Shown in pieces: positions 51,273 to 64,000 of a stretch of 64,000 bases of DNA. Position numbers and translations under genes: made by a program. The notes under the pieces were generated by a model. That model ran no database searches, was not told the origin of the DNA, and was given only the letters and a program-made list of their open reading frames with translations. Source of the stretch: Octopus vulgaris (Eukaryota); contig OX597827.1 of NCBI GenBank assembly GCA_951406725.2, forward strand, positions 63,922,001-63,986,000, given 5' to 3'. Within the stretch, counting starts at the first letter, position 1, and every line of letters starts with the position of its first letter.

Positions 51273-51329
51273 AAGGAGTGGCTGTGTGGTAAGTAGCTTC
51301 TTACCATACAGACGTGTTGTTTTTTGCTC

Positions 51330-51735
51330 CGGCAAATGTCGCGTTGTTTCAACGTGAATTGTTGAACTTTCGTCTCGACTAAAGGTAGGAACTTTGTATT
51401 TTTGGGAGTTTAGTGAAGTCTTATTGCTTGCATTAATGTTTTTTAGCATTAAATATTTTTTAGCAAGTAATAGGACTCCACTTTGCTCCAGATATAGTTT
51501 TTCTGCCTGTGTCGAGCGAAAAGAAATTGTATTGATGTCGCGTTGTTTCAACGTAAATTGCTGAACTTTCGTCTCGACCACGGGTAGGAATTTTGTGTTT
51601 TTGCGAGCGAAGTGAAGTTTTATTGCTTGCATGAATGTTTTTTAGCATTTAAAATTTTTAGCAAGTAATAGGGCTCCACTTTGCTCCAGATATAATTTTT
51701 CTGTCTGTGTCGAGTGGAAAGAAATTGTATTTTTG
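51330..51735 (+). repeat. Two diverged ~200-bp tandem units upstream of the ORF1-like frame
   Basis: atgtcgcgttgtttcaacgt.aattg at ~51336 and ~51535, with continued similarity. Confidence 0.8.
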
Positions 51736-52072
51736 AAGTGGCTTAGTCCGTCTGGAAAAATTATTTTGAAATTGTCATTGTGTGTCCACGGATTACCAAG
51801 GATTATTTACCAAGGGTTTTACCAAGGATTATTTACCAAGGTTTATCAAGTGCATTTGGCCTGGATTATCATTTTGGCCGAAGAAGTGTGAAAAAAAAGA
51901 AAACTGAATTCCTTTGCCTGATTTGAACTCTCTTCCTCTGTCTATTATTTATTTGTAAAAACTTTTTTTGAACTGCCATTTTTAATTTTATTTCTTCCCT
52001 TTTGTTGCATTTTTCATTCTCCTTTCTGTGGCTAATTTTAGTTTATCATTTTGAACTATTGTATTTTACGTT

Positions 52073-53261
52073 ATGGCAAAGGCAAAGAATTTTACTGTGT
52101 GGGAGTTAACACCTCCCAAAAAATATTTACACGAACTCGAGGAAAGAACCGTGGTGCTGAGAACATTTTCAAAGTCACTCGACACCATAATGGTTTTTCC
52201 GAGAGATACCATTGTGAACGAGCTGGCAGATTATATGCCAGCCGTTAAACATATTCAACGGGGAGTCAAATACGCAACGGTATGGTTGCTATTTGACTCC
52301 GCCAACAACTTGCAAATTTGCAAGCCAGCCCATTGAGGGCGATGAAATTCTGTTTCTCCCCAGTTACAAGGGGGAAAAATTGTTACGTTTGTGGGTCTGT
52401 GGCCTGCCGCCCGGCTTTGAGCCCGAGTGGGTGGAAGATTCCATCCGCCGGGGTCTGAGTGGTGGTAGCGCCAAGATCCTAAACGTGAAAATTCAGCCTG
52501 CGGCTAACTGGGAAGGGTCAAAGGCCACTTTGACTCTGTGGACCCAGTCGGCCAAGAGTCTGGTTTTGCCAGACTTCTTGAAGATGGCCGGATCCAAGTA
52601 TCCGGTGATGCTTGAGGGACGCGCCCCCAAGTGTCACCTGTGTTCGGAAACCGGCCACATCAAGAAGAGCTGCCCCAGGAACCAAGGTAGGATCCTGGAG
52701 GAGCTAATATCAGAGCCTCTCCCTGCCCCACCAGTGGAGGGAGAGAAACAAAGTGAGGAGGGGGAAAAATCCTCCTCCAAAAGAAAGAGAAAGGTGGGGA
52801 GCAATGGCGACCCACCAAAGAAACCGGAGGCTTCGGAAGAAAAAGAGGACCCGGTGCGTACAGCACTGGAGCCTCAACCTCCCGAGGCCCGGCGTAAAAA
52901 GAAGAAAAAGAGGAACGGGACGCCACCAGCGGATAGTAATTCGCGGATGGCGACTCCCAAGTGTTCTCCGGCAACGGTGATGCCGGAGAAATTTTATGTG
53001 GTCCTCTTTTACAAAGGAGGAATAGTACAGAACGAAATAGGTAAGATGAGGAAGAGAAACCAATGGGAGGGACTTCGGTCCTGCATGGAGTATCCAGAGT
53101 GGCCCTCGCAGCTTGCTGCGGAGGTCCTACTCGAAAATGATATGTGCAGGATCGAGAATTCTTTCCCGGAGGATCTCTTGCAAGTCTTACCTGTGTGCGG
53201 AAACCTGACGACGGACGATTGCGTCACCAAGGCAAGAGAGTTCGTCGGTCGGGTGACGTGA
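52073..53261 (+). pseudogene. Gag/ORF1-like nucleic-acid-binding protein of a non-LTR (L1/Tx1-like) element; single frameshift near 52315
   Basis: The ATG 52073 frame (MAKAKNF...WLLFDSANNLQ) continues in the +1 frame (FASQPI...LWVCGLPP...VMLEGRAPKCHLCSETGHIKKSCP). It has a CX2CX4HX4C zinc knuckle preceded by EGRAP and a basic low-complexity tail; GC content is higher than the flanks. Confidence 0.8.
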
Positions 53262-53544
53262 AATTGTGTTATATTGTAACAGAGGTTTGTTGCCTCTGAA
53301 GAGACTTTCAATTGTAAATTGGAATATTTTGTGGAATTTTTTGAAATTTTTGAATTTTGTGGAATTTTTTGTAAATTTTAAAACATTGTAAACCATTGAA
53401 AAAAAGAACATTGTTTTAGAGAAGCAAAAGTCGACGGGCGCTTTCTGACTTCTCCCATCACCATCTTCATCCACCACCACCATCATCCATTAATGTCCGT
53501 GTCCAGCCCGGAGCTACCGCTACCTCTGTGTTATGCCCTAAGTG

Positions 53545-54304
53545 GCAAGAAGAAGAAGAAAAGAAGAAGACGAATGGCGGAAAAGATGGAAATTAAGGAT
53601 TGAAGGATTAAAGGGTTAAATTTCGTAGAGAAAAGATAGGAAAAACATTTTGTGGACAGTTATTGTATGAGTACAGACGTTTAACAATAGTAACGAATGA
53701 GGTACGAAAGATAATGGGATAAAATGTTTTTGCAACTTGCTGCGAATATGAAAGTCGACGGAAGCCGCTGTTGGAGAAGAAAGGAAGTCTAAAAATTGGG
53801 AACCGTAAATCGTAATGGCGAGCTAAGAAGAAGAAGAAGAAGAAGAAAAGAAGAATGACGAATGGCGGAAAAGATGGAAATTAAGGATTGAAGGATTAAG
53901 GGGTTAAATTTCGTAGAGAAAAGATAGCTTGAAAACCGAAGCAGTTATTGTATGAGTACAGACGTTTAACAATAGTAACGAATGAGGTACGAAAGATAAT
54001 GGGATAAAATGTTTTTGCAACTTGCTGCGAATATGAAAGCCGGAAGCCGCTGTTGGAGAAATAGAAAGGAAGTCTAAAAATTGGGAACCGTAAATCGTAA
54101 TGGCGACTAAGAAGAAGAAGAAGAAGAAGAAAAAAGAAGAAGACGAATGGCGGAAAAGATGGAAATTAAGGATTGAAGGATTGAAGGATTAAAGGGTTAA
54201 ATTTCACCCTAGAGAAAAAAGATAGCTTGAAAAACGAAGCAGTTATTGTATGAGTACAGACGTTTAACAATAGTAACGAATGAGGTACGGCAAAGAGATA
54301 ATGG
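53545..54304 (+). repeat. Indel-rich patch of ~2.7 satellite monomers
   Basis: Same monomer as the main array but with many indels; merges into a SINE A tail (54305-54427). Confidence 0.85.
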
Positions 54305-54752
54305 CCGATAGAATAAGTACTGGTCTTACAAAAAGAATAAGTCTCGGGGTCGAGTTGCTCGATTAAAGGCGGTGCTCCAGCATGGCCGCAGTCAAATGAC
54401 TGAAACAAGTAAAAGAGTAAAAGAGTATTTGCTAGAAATAGTATATTAATAAATAAATCGAATATCTAGTAATAACTACAGTAGTGCCTCGATATACGAG
54501 TTGATTTGTTCCCAGAGATCGCTCATAAAATGAGAAAACTCGTAAAACAGCAACAATTTCATATAGTAGCAATAAAACTTTATACCGTCATTTTACTCCG
54601 TCGCTGTGCTGACGCGTCAGAACCAGTGTTACCACATGTTGCGGCGTTGTCACGCACACAAGATGAATGTTTAACCTTTTAATATTTATTATAAAATAAA
54701 ACTCGTAAACTGGTAAAGTATACATATATATACATACATACACACACATATA

Positions 54753-54817
<65 letters not shown>

Positions 54818-54972
54818 ATTGATTGATTGATTGATTCTAGTTTCAGCTTATGAGCTGTGGCCATATATATATATATATAATATATGTATATATATATATA
54901 TGTATGTATATATATCTATGTATATATATGTGTATGTATATATGTATGTATATATATGTATATATATATATG

Positions 54973-55003
<31 letters not shown>

Positions 55004-55024
55004 GTATTTATATATCATCATCAT

Positions 55025-56942
55025 AAAATGTTTTTGCGAATGGCGGAAAAGATGGAAATTAAGGATTGAAGGATTAAAGGGTTAAATTTCGTAGAGAAAA
55101 GATAGGAAAAACGAAGCAGTTATTGTATGAGTACAGACGTTTAACAATAGTAACGAATGAGGTACGAAAGATAATGGGATAAAATGTTTTTGCAACTTGC
55201 TGCGAGTATGAAAGCCGGAAGCCGCTGTTGGAGAAGAAAGGAAGTCTAAAAATTGGGAACCGTAAATCGTAATGGCGACTAAGAAGAAGAAGAAGAAGAA
55301 GAAAAGAAGAAGACGAATGGCGGAAAAGATGGAAATTAAGGATTGAAGGATTAAAGGGTTAAATTTCGTAGAGAAAAGATAGGAAAAACGAAGCAGTTAT
55401 TGTATGAGTACAGACGTTTAACAATAGTAACGAATGAGGTACGAAAGATAATGGGATAAAATGTTTTTGCAACTTGCTGCGAGTATGAAAGCCGGAAGCC
55501 GCTGTTGGAGAAGAAAGGAAGTCTAAAAATTGGGAACCGTAAATCGTAATGGCGACTAAGAAGAAGAAGAAGAAGAAGAAAAGAAGAAGACGAATGGCGG
55601 AAAAGATGGAAATTGAAGGATTGAAGGATTAAAGGGTTAAATTTCGTAGAGAAAAGATAGGAAAAACGAAGCAGTTATTGTATGAGTACAGACGTTTAAC
55701 AATAGTAACGAATGAGGTACGAAAGATAATGGGATAAAATGTTTTTGCAACTTGCTGCGAATATGAAAGCCGGAAGCCGCTGTTGGAGAAGAAAGGAAGT
55801 CTAAAAATTGGGAACCGTAAATCGTAATGGCGACTAAGAAGAAGAAGAAGAAGAAAAGAAGAAGCCGAATGGCGGAAAAGATGGAAATTAAGGATTGAAG
55901 GATTAAAGGGTTAAATTTCGTAGAGAAAAGATAGGAAAAACGAAGCAGTTATTGTATGAGTACAGACGTTTAACAATAGTAACGAATGAGGTACGAAAGA
56001 TAATGGGATAAAATGTTTTTGCAACTTGCTGCGAATATGAAAGCCGGAAGCCGCTGTTGGAGAAGAAAGGAAGTCTAAAAATTGGGAACCGTAAATCGTA
56101 ATGGCGACTAAGAAGAAGAAGAAGAAGAAGAAGAAAAGAAGAAGACGAATGGCGGAAAAGATGGAAATTAAGGATTGAAGGATTAAAGGGTTAAATTTCG
56201 TAGAGAAAAGATAGGAAAAACGAAGCAGTTATTGTATGAGTACAGACGTTTAACAATAGTAACGAATGAGGTACGAAAGATAATGGGATAAAATGTTTTT
56301 GCAACTTGCTGCGAGTATGAAAGCCGGAAGCCGCTGTTGGAGAAGAAAGGAAGTCTAAAAATTGGGAACCGTAAATCGTAATGGCGACTAAGAAGAAGAA
56401 GAAGAAGAAGAAAAGAAGAAGACGAATGGCGGAAAAGATGGAATTGAAGGATTGAAGGATTAAAGGGTTAAATTTCGTAGAGAAAAGATAGGAAAAACGA
56501 AGCAGTTATTGTATGAGTACAGACGTTTAACAATAGTAACGAATGAGGTACGAAAGATAATGGGATAAAATGTTTTTGCAACTTGCTGCGAATATGAAAG
56601 CCGGAAGCCGCTGTTGGAGAAGAAAGGAAGTCTAAAAATTGGGAACCGTAAATCGTAATGGCGACTAAGAAGAAGAAGAAGAAGAAGAAAAGAAGAAGAC
56701 GAATGGCGGAAAAGATGGAAATTAAGGATTGAAGGATTAAAGGGTTAAATTTCGTAGAGAAAAGATAGGAAAAACGAAGCAGTTATTGTATGAGTACAGA
56801 CGTTTAACAATAGTAACGAATGAGGTACGAAAGATAATGGGATAAAATGTTTTTGCAACTTGCTGCGAATATGAAAGCCGGAAGCCGCTGTTGGAGAAGA
56901 AAGGAAGTCTAAAAATTGGGAACCGTAAATCGTAATGGCGAC

Positions 56943-56973
<31 letters not shown>

Positions 56974-57217
56974 ACGAATGGCGGAAAAGATGGAAATTAA
57001 GGATTGAAGGATTAAAGGGTTAAATTTCGTAGAGAAAAGATAGGAAAAACGAAGCAGTTATTGTATGAGTACAGACGTTTAACAATAGTAACGAATGAGG
57101 TACGAAAGATAATGGGATAAAATGTTTTTGCAACTTGCTGCGAATATGAAAGCCGGAAGCCGCTGTTGGAGAAGAAAGGAAGTCTAAAAATTGGGAACCG
57201 TAAATCGTAATGGCGAC

Positions 57218-57248
<31 letters not shown>

Positions 57249-57775
57249 AAGACGAATGGCGGAAAAGATGGAAATTAAGGATTGAAGGATTAAAGGGTTA
57301 AATTTCGTAGAGAAAAGATAGGAAAAACGAAGCAGTTATTGTATGAGTACAGACGTTTAACAATAGTAACGAATGAGGTACGAAAGATAATGGGATAAAA
57401 TGTTTTTGCAACTTGCTGCGAATATGAAAGCCGGAAGCCGCTGTTGGAGAAGAAAGGAAGTCTAAAAATTGGGAACCGTAAATCGTAATGGCGACTAAGA
57501 AGAAGAAGAAGAAGAAGAAGAAAAGAAGAAGACGAATGGCGGAAAAGATGGAAATTAAGGATTGAAGGATTAAAGGGTTAAATTTCGTAGAGAAAAGATA
57601 GGAAAAACGAAGCAGTTATTGTATGAGTACAGACGTTTAACAATAGTAACGAATGAGGTACGAAAGATAATGGGATAAAATGTTTTTGCAACTTGCTGCG
57701 AATATGAAAGCCGGAAGCCGCTGTTGGAGAAGAAAGGAAGTCTAAAAATTGGGAACCGTAAATCGTAATGGCGAC

Positions 57776-57806
<31 letters not shown>

Positions 57807-58050
57807 ACGAATGGCGGAAAAGATGGAAATTAAGGATTGAAGGATTAAAGGGTTAAATTTCGTAGAGAAAAGATAGGAAAAACGAAGCAGTTATTGTATG
57901 AGTACAGACGTTTAACAATAGTAACGAATGAGGTACGAAAGATAATGGGATAAAATGTTTTTGCAACTTGCTGCGAATATGAAAGCCGGAAGCCGCTGTT
58001 GGAGAAGAAAGGAAGTCTAAAAATTGGGAACCGTAAATCGTAATGGCGAC

Positions 58051-58081
<31 letters not shown>

Positions 58082-58325
58082 ACGAATGGCGGAAAAGATG
58101 GAAATTAAGGATTGAAGGATTAAAGGGTTAAATTTCGTAGAGAAAAGATAGGAAAAACGAAGCAGTTATTGTATGAGTACAGACGTTTAACAATAGTAAC
58201 GAATGAGGTACGAAAGATAATGGGATAAAATGTTTTTGCAACTTGCTGCGAATATGAAAGCCGGAAGCCGCTGTTGGAGAAGAAAGGAAGTCTAAAAATT
58301 GGGAACCGTAAATCGTAATGGCGAC

Positions 58326-58356
<31 letters not shown>

Positions 58357-58600
58357 ACGAATGGCGGAAAAGATGGAAATTAAGGATTGAAGGATTAAAG
58401 GGTTAAATTTCGTAGAGAAAAGATAGGAAAAACGAAGCAGTTATTGTATGAGTACAGACGTTTAACAATAGTAACGAATGAGGTACGAAAGATAATGGGA
58501 TAAAATGTTTTTGCAACTTGCTGCGAATATGAAAGCCGGAAGCCGCTGTTGGAGAAGAAAGGAAGTCTAAAAATTGGGAACCGTAAATCGTAATGGCGAC

Positions 58601-58631
<31 letters not shown>

Positions 58632-59437
58632 AAGACGAATGGCGGAAAAGATGGAAATTAAGGATTGAAGGATTAAAGGGTTAAATTTCGTAGAGAAAAG
58701 ATAGGAAAAACGAAGCAGTTATTGTATGAGTACAGACGTTTAACAATAGTAACGAATGAGGTACGAAAGATAATGGGATAAAATGTTTTTGCAACTTGCT
58801 GCGAATATGAAAGCCGGAAGCCGCTGTTGGAGAAGAAAGGAAGTCTAAAAATTGGGAACCGTAAATCGTAATGGCGACTAAGAAGAAAAAGAAGAAGAAG
58901 AAAAGAAGAAGACGAATGGCGGAAAAGATGGAAATTGAGGATTGAAGGATTAAAGGGTTAAAGGGTTAAATTTCGTAGAGAAAAGATAGGAAAAACGAAG
59001 CAGTTATTGTATGAGTACAGACGTTTAACAATAGTAACGAATGAGGTACGAAAGATAATGGGATAAAATGTTTTTGCAACTTGCTGCGAATATGAAAGCC
59101 GGAAGCCGCTGTTGGAGAAGAAAGGAAGTCTAAAAATTGGGAACCGTAAATCGTAATGGCGACTAAGAAGAAGAAGAAGAAGAAAAGAAGAAGACGAATG
59201 GCGGAAAAGATGGAAATTAAGGATTGAAGGATTAAAGGGTTAAATTTCGTAGAGAAAAGATAGGAAAAACGAAGCAGTTATTGTATGAGTACAGACGTTT
59301 AACAATAGTAACGAATGAGGTACGAAAGATAATGGGATAAAAAGTTTTTGCAACTTGCTGCGAATATGAAAGCCGGAAGCCGCTGTTGGAGAAGAAAGGA
59401 AGTCTAAAAATTGGGAACCGTAAATCGTAATGGCGAC

Positions 59438-59468
<31 letters not shown>

Positions 59469-59715
59469 AAGACGAATGGCGGAAAAGATGGAAATTAAGG
59501 ATTGAAGGATTAAAGGGTTAAATTTCGTAGAGAAAAGATAGGAAAAACGAAGCAGTTATTGTATGAGTACAGACGTTTAACAATAGTAACGAATGAGGTA
59601 CGAAAGATAATGGGATAAAATGTTTTTGCAACTTGCTGCGAATATGAAAGCCGGAAGCCGCTGTTGGAGAAGAAAGGAAGTCTAAAAATTGGGAACCGTA
59701 AATCGTAATGGCGAC

Positions 59716-59746
<31 letters not shown>

Positions 59747-60535
59747 ACGAATGGCGGAAAAGATGGAAATTAAGGATTGAAGGATTAAAGGGTTAAATTT
59801 CGTAGAGAAAAGATAGGAAAAACGAAGCAGTTATTGTATGAGTACAGACGTTTAACAATAGTAACGAATGAGGTACGAAAGATAATGGGATAAAATGTTT
59901 TTGCAACTTGCTGCGAATATGAAAGCCGGAAGCCGCTGTTGGAGAAGAAAGGAAGTCTAAAAATTGGGAACCGTAAATCGTAATGGCGACTAAGAAGAAG
60001 AAGAAGAAGAAAAGAAGAAGACGAATGGCGGAAAAGATGGAAATTAAGGATTGAAGGATTAAAGGGTTAAATTTCGTAGAGAAAAGATAGGAAAAACGAA
60101 GCAGTTATTGTATGAGTACAGACGTTTAACAATAGTAACGAATGAGGTACGAAAGATAATGGGATAAAATGTTTTTGCAACTTGCTGCGAATATGAAAGC
60201 CGGAAGCCGCTGTTGGAGAAGAAAGGAAGTCTAAAAATTGGGAACCGTAAATCGTAATGGCGACTAAGAAGAAGAAGAAGAAGAAGAAGAAGACGAATGG
60301 CGGAAAAGATGGAAATTAAGGATTGAAGGATTAAAGGGTTAAATTTCGTAGAGAAAGATAGGAAAAACGAAGCAGTTATTGTATGAGTACAGACGTTTAA
60401 CAATAGTAACGAATGAGGTACGAAAGATAATGGGATAAAATGTTTTTGCAACTTGCTGCGAATATGAAAGCCGGAAGCCGCTGTTGGAGAAGAAAGGAAG
60501 TCTAAAAATTGGGAACCGTAAATCGTAATGGCGAC

Positions 60536-60566
<31 letters not shown>

Positions 60567-63294
60567 ACGAATGGCGGAAAAGATGGAAATTAAGGATTGA
60601 AGGATTAAAGGGTTAAATTTCGTAGAGAAAAGATAGGAAAAACGAAGCAGTTATTGTATGAGTACAGACGTTTAACAATAGTAACGAATGAGGTACGAAA
60701 GATAATGGGATAAAATGTTTTTGCAACTTGCTGCGAATATGAAAGCCGGAAGCCGCTGTTGGAGAAGAAAGGAAGTCTAAAAATTGGGAACCGTAAATCG
60801 TAATGGCGACTAAGAAGAAGAAGAAGAAGAAGAAAAGAAGAAGACGAATGGCGGAAAAGATGGAAATTAAGGATTGAAGGATTAAAGGGTTAAATTTCGT
60901 AGAGAAAAGATAGGAAAAACGAAGCAGTTATTGTATGAGTACAGACGTTTAACAATAGTAACGAATGAGGTACGAAAGATAATGGGATAAAATGTTTTTG
61001 CAACTTGCTGCGAATATGAAAGCCGGAAGCCGCTGTTGGAGAAGAAAGGAAGTCTAAAAATTGGGAACCGTAAATCGTAATGGCGACTAAGAAGAAGAAG
61101 AAGAAGAAGAAAAGAAGAAGACGAATGGCGGAAAAGATGGAAATTAAGGATTGAAGGATTAAAGGGTTAAATTTCGTAGAGAAAAGATAGGAAAAACGAA
61201 GCAGTTATTGTATGAGTACAGACGTTTAACAATAGTAACGAATGAGGTACGAAAGATAATGGGATAAAATGTTTTTGCAACTTGCTGCGAATATGAAAGC
61301 CGGAAGCCGCTGTTGGAGAAGAAAGGAAGTCTAAAAATTGGGAACCGTAAATCGTAATGGCGACTAAGAAGAAGAAGAAGAAGAAGAAGAAGACGAATGG
61401 CGGAAAAGATGGAAATTAAGGATTGAAGGATTAAAGGGTTAAATTTCGTAGAGAAAAGATAGGAAAAACGAAGCAGTTATTGTATGAGTACAGACGTTTA
61501 ACAATAGTAACGAATGAGGTACGAAAGATAATGGGATAAAATGTTTTTGCAACTTGCTGCGAATATGAAAGCCGGAAGCCGCTGTTGGAGAAGAAAGGAA
61601 GTCTAAAAATTGGGAACCGTAAATCGTAATGGCGACTAAGAAGAAGAAGAAGAAGAAGAAAAGAAGAAGACGAATGGCGGAAAAGATGGAAATTAAGGAT
61701 TGAAGGATTAAAGGGTTAAATTTCGTAGAGAAAAGATAGGAAAAACGAAGCAGTTATTGTATGAGTACAGACGTTTAACAATAGTAACGAATGAGGTACG
61801 AAAGATAATGGGATAAAATGTTTTTGCAACTTGCTGCGAATATGAAAGCCGGAAGCCGCTGTTGGAGAAGAAAGGAAGTCTAAAAATTGGGAACCGTAAA
61901 TCGTAATGGCGACTAAGAAGAAGAAGAAGAAGAAGAAAAGAAGAAGACGAATGGCGGAAAAGATGGAAATTAAGGATTGAAGGATTAAAGGGTTAAATTT
62001 CGTAGAGAAAAGATAGGAAAAACGAAGCAGTTATTGTATGAGTACAGACGTTTAACAATAGTAACGAATGAGGTACGAAAGATAATGGGATAAAATGTTT
62101 TTGCAACTTGCTGCGAATATGAAAGCCGGAAGCCGCTGTTGGAGAAGAAAGGAAGTCTAAAAATTGGGAACCGTAAATCGTAATGGCGACTAAGAAGAAG
62201 AAGAAGAAGAAGAAGAGAAGAAGACGAATGGCGGAAAAGATGGAAATTAAGGATTGAAGGATTAAAGGGTTAAATTTCGTAGAGAAAAGATAGGAAAAAC
62301 GAAGCAGTTATTGTATGAGTACAGACGTTTAACAATAGTAACGAATGAGGTACGAAAGATAATGGGATAAAATGTTTTTGCAACTTGCTGCGAATATGAA
62401 AGCCGGAAGCCGCTGTTGGAGAAGAAAGGAAGTCTAAAAATTGGGAACCGTAAATCGTAATGGCGACTAAGAAGAAGAAGAAGAAGAAGAAAAGAAGAAG
62501 ACGAATGGCGGAAAAGATGGAAATTAAGGATTGAAGGATTAAAGGGTTAAATTTCGTAGAGAAAAGATAGGAAAAACGAAGCAGTTATTGTATGAGTACA
62601 GACGTTTAACAATAGTAACGAATGAGGTACGAAAGATAATGGGATAAAATGTTTTTGCAACTTGCTGCGAATATGAAAGCCGGAAGCCGCTGTTGGAGAA
62701 GAAAGGAAGTCTAAAAATTGGGAACCGTAAATCGTAATGGCGACTAAGAAGAAGAAGAAGAAGAAGAAAGAAGAAGACGAATGGCGGAAAAGATGGAAAT
62801 TAAGGATTGAAGGATTAAAGGGTTAAATTTCGTAGAGAAAAGATAGGAAAAACGAAGCAGTTATTGTATGAGTACAGACGTTTAACAATAGTAACGAATG
62901 AGGTACGAAAGATAATGGGATAAAATGTTTTTGCAACTTGCTGCGAATATGAAAGCCGGAAGCCGCTGTTGGAGAAGAAAGGAAGTCTAAAAATTGGGAA
63001 CCGTAAATCGTAATGGCGACTAAGAAGAAGAAGAAGAAGAAGAAAAGAAGACGAATGGCGGAAAAGATGGAAATTAAGGATTGAAGGATTAAAGGGTTAA
63101 ATTTCGTAGAGAAAAGATAGGAAAAACGAAGCAGTTATTGTATGAGTACAGACGTTTAACAATAGTAACGAATGAGGTACGAAAGATAATGGGATAAAAT
63201 GTTTTTGCAACTTGCTGCGAATATGAAAGCCGGAAGCCGCTGTTGGAGAAGAAAGGAAGTCTAAAAATTGGGAACCGTAAATCGTAATGGCGAC

Positions 63295-63325
<31 letters not shown>

Positions 63326-64000
63326 ACGAATGGCGGAAAAGATGGAAATTAAGGATTGAAGGATTAAAGGGTTAAATTTCGTAGAGAAAAGATAGGAAAA
63401 ACGAAGCAGTTATTGTATGAGTACAGACGTTTAACAATAGTAACGAATGAGGTACGAAAGATAATGGGATAAAATGTTTTTGCAACTTGCTGCGAATATG
63501 AAAGCCGGAAGCCGCTGTTGGAGAAGAAAGGAAGTCTAAAAATTGGGAACCGTAAATCGTAATGGCGACTAAGAAGAAGAAGAAGAAGAAGAAAAGAAGA
63601 AGACGAATGGCGGAAAAGATGGAAATTAAGGATTGAAGGATTAAAGGGTTAAATTTCGTAGAGAAAAGATAGGAAAAACGAAGCAGTTATTGTATGAGTA
63701 CAGACGTTTAACAATAGTAACGAATGAGGTACGAAAGATAATGGGATAAAATGTTTTTGCAACTTGCTGCGAATATGAAAGCCGGAAGCCGCTGTTGGAG
63801 AAGAAAGGAAGTCTAAAAATTGGGAACCGTAAATCGTAATGGCGACTAAGAAGAAGAAGAAGAAGAAGAAAGAAGAAGACGAATGGCGGAAAAGATGGAA
63901 ATTAAGGATTGAAGGATTAAAGGGTTAAATTTCGTAGAGAAAAGATAGGAAAAACGAAGCAGTTATTGTATGAGTACAGACGTTTAACAATAGTAACGAA
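55025..64000 (+). repeat. Satellite DNA array, ~274-280-bp monomer, ~32 copies, running off the window end
   Basis: cgtaaatcgt at 55261, 55538, 55816, 56090 and onward; monomers are almost identical except for the length and interruption of an internal (GAA)n tract. Confidence 0.98.

Noticed and set aside
1547-55085. Dozens of [12 protein letters not shown] ORFs in the six-frame track
   Set aside because: Translations of (TA)n/(CA)n microsatellites and SINE bodies; no coding signal.
55025-64000. CRISPR-like array or repeated coding unit (ORF 60059-60451)
   Set aside because: Monomers are identical with no unique spacers, the context is eukaryotic, and the long ORF arises only from a 1-bp deletion in one monomer.

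Overview
AT-rich, repeat-dominated animal genomic DNA. The SINE families and (TA)n/(CA)n microsatellites strongly resemble octopus (coleoid cephalopod) sequence; this is recognition from memory, not a database result. Most of the window is transposon debris: two tRNA-derived SINE families, mariner and piggyBac-like MITEs, non-autonomous Helitrons, Penelope-like remnants with minimal hammerhead ribozymes, and RTE, HERO-like, R4-like and L1/Tx1 LINE fragments. A frameshifted gag/ORF1-like reading frame lies at 52.1-53.3 kb, and a homogeneous ~277-bp satellite array fills 55.0-64.0 kb. The main non-TE signal is a three-copy tandem family of small + strand genes (first exons at ~9.64, ~27.59 and ~36.24 kb). 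Their proximal promoters share a TCAGCAGGC motif and carry STAT (GAS) and IRF (ISRE)-type sites. Copies 1 and 3 appear to splice to exons encoding divergent ~94-104 aa proteins with an N-terminal hydrophobic segment. Copy 2 has a broken donor and a broken acceptor and looks like a pseudogene. This is a candidate undescribed cephalopod interferon-like-response gene cluster. Gene models are manual inferences, and TE boundaries are approximate unless termini are quoted.
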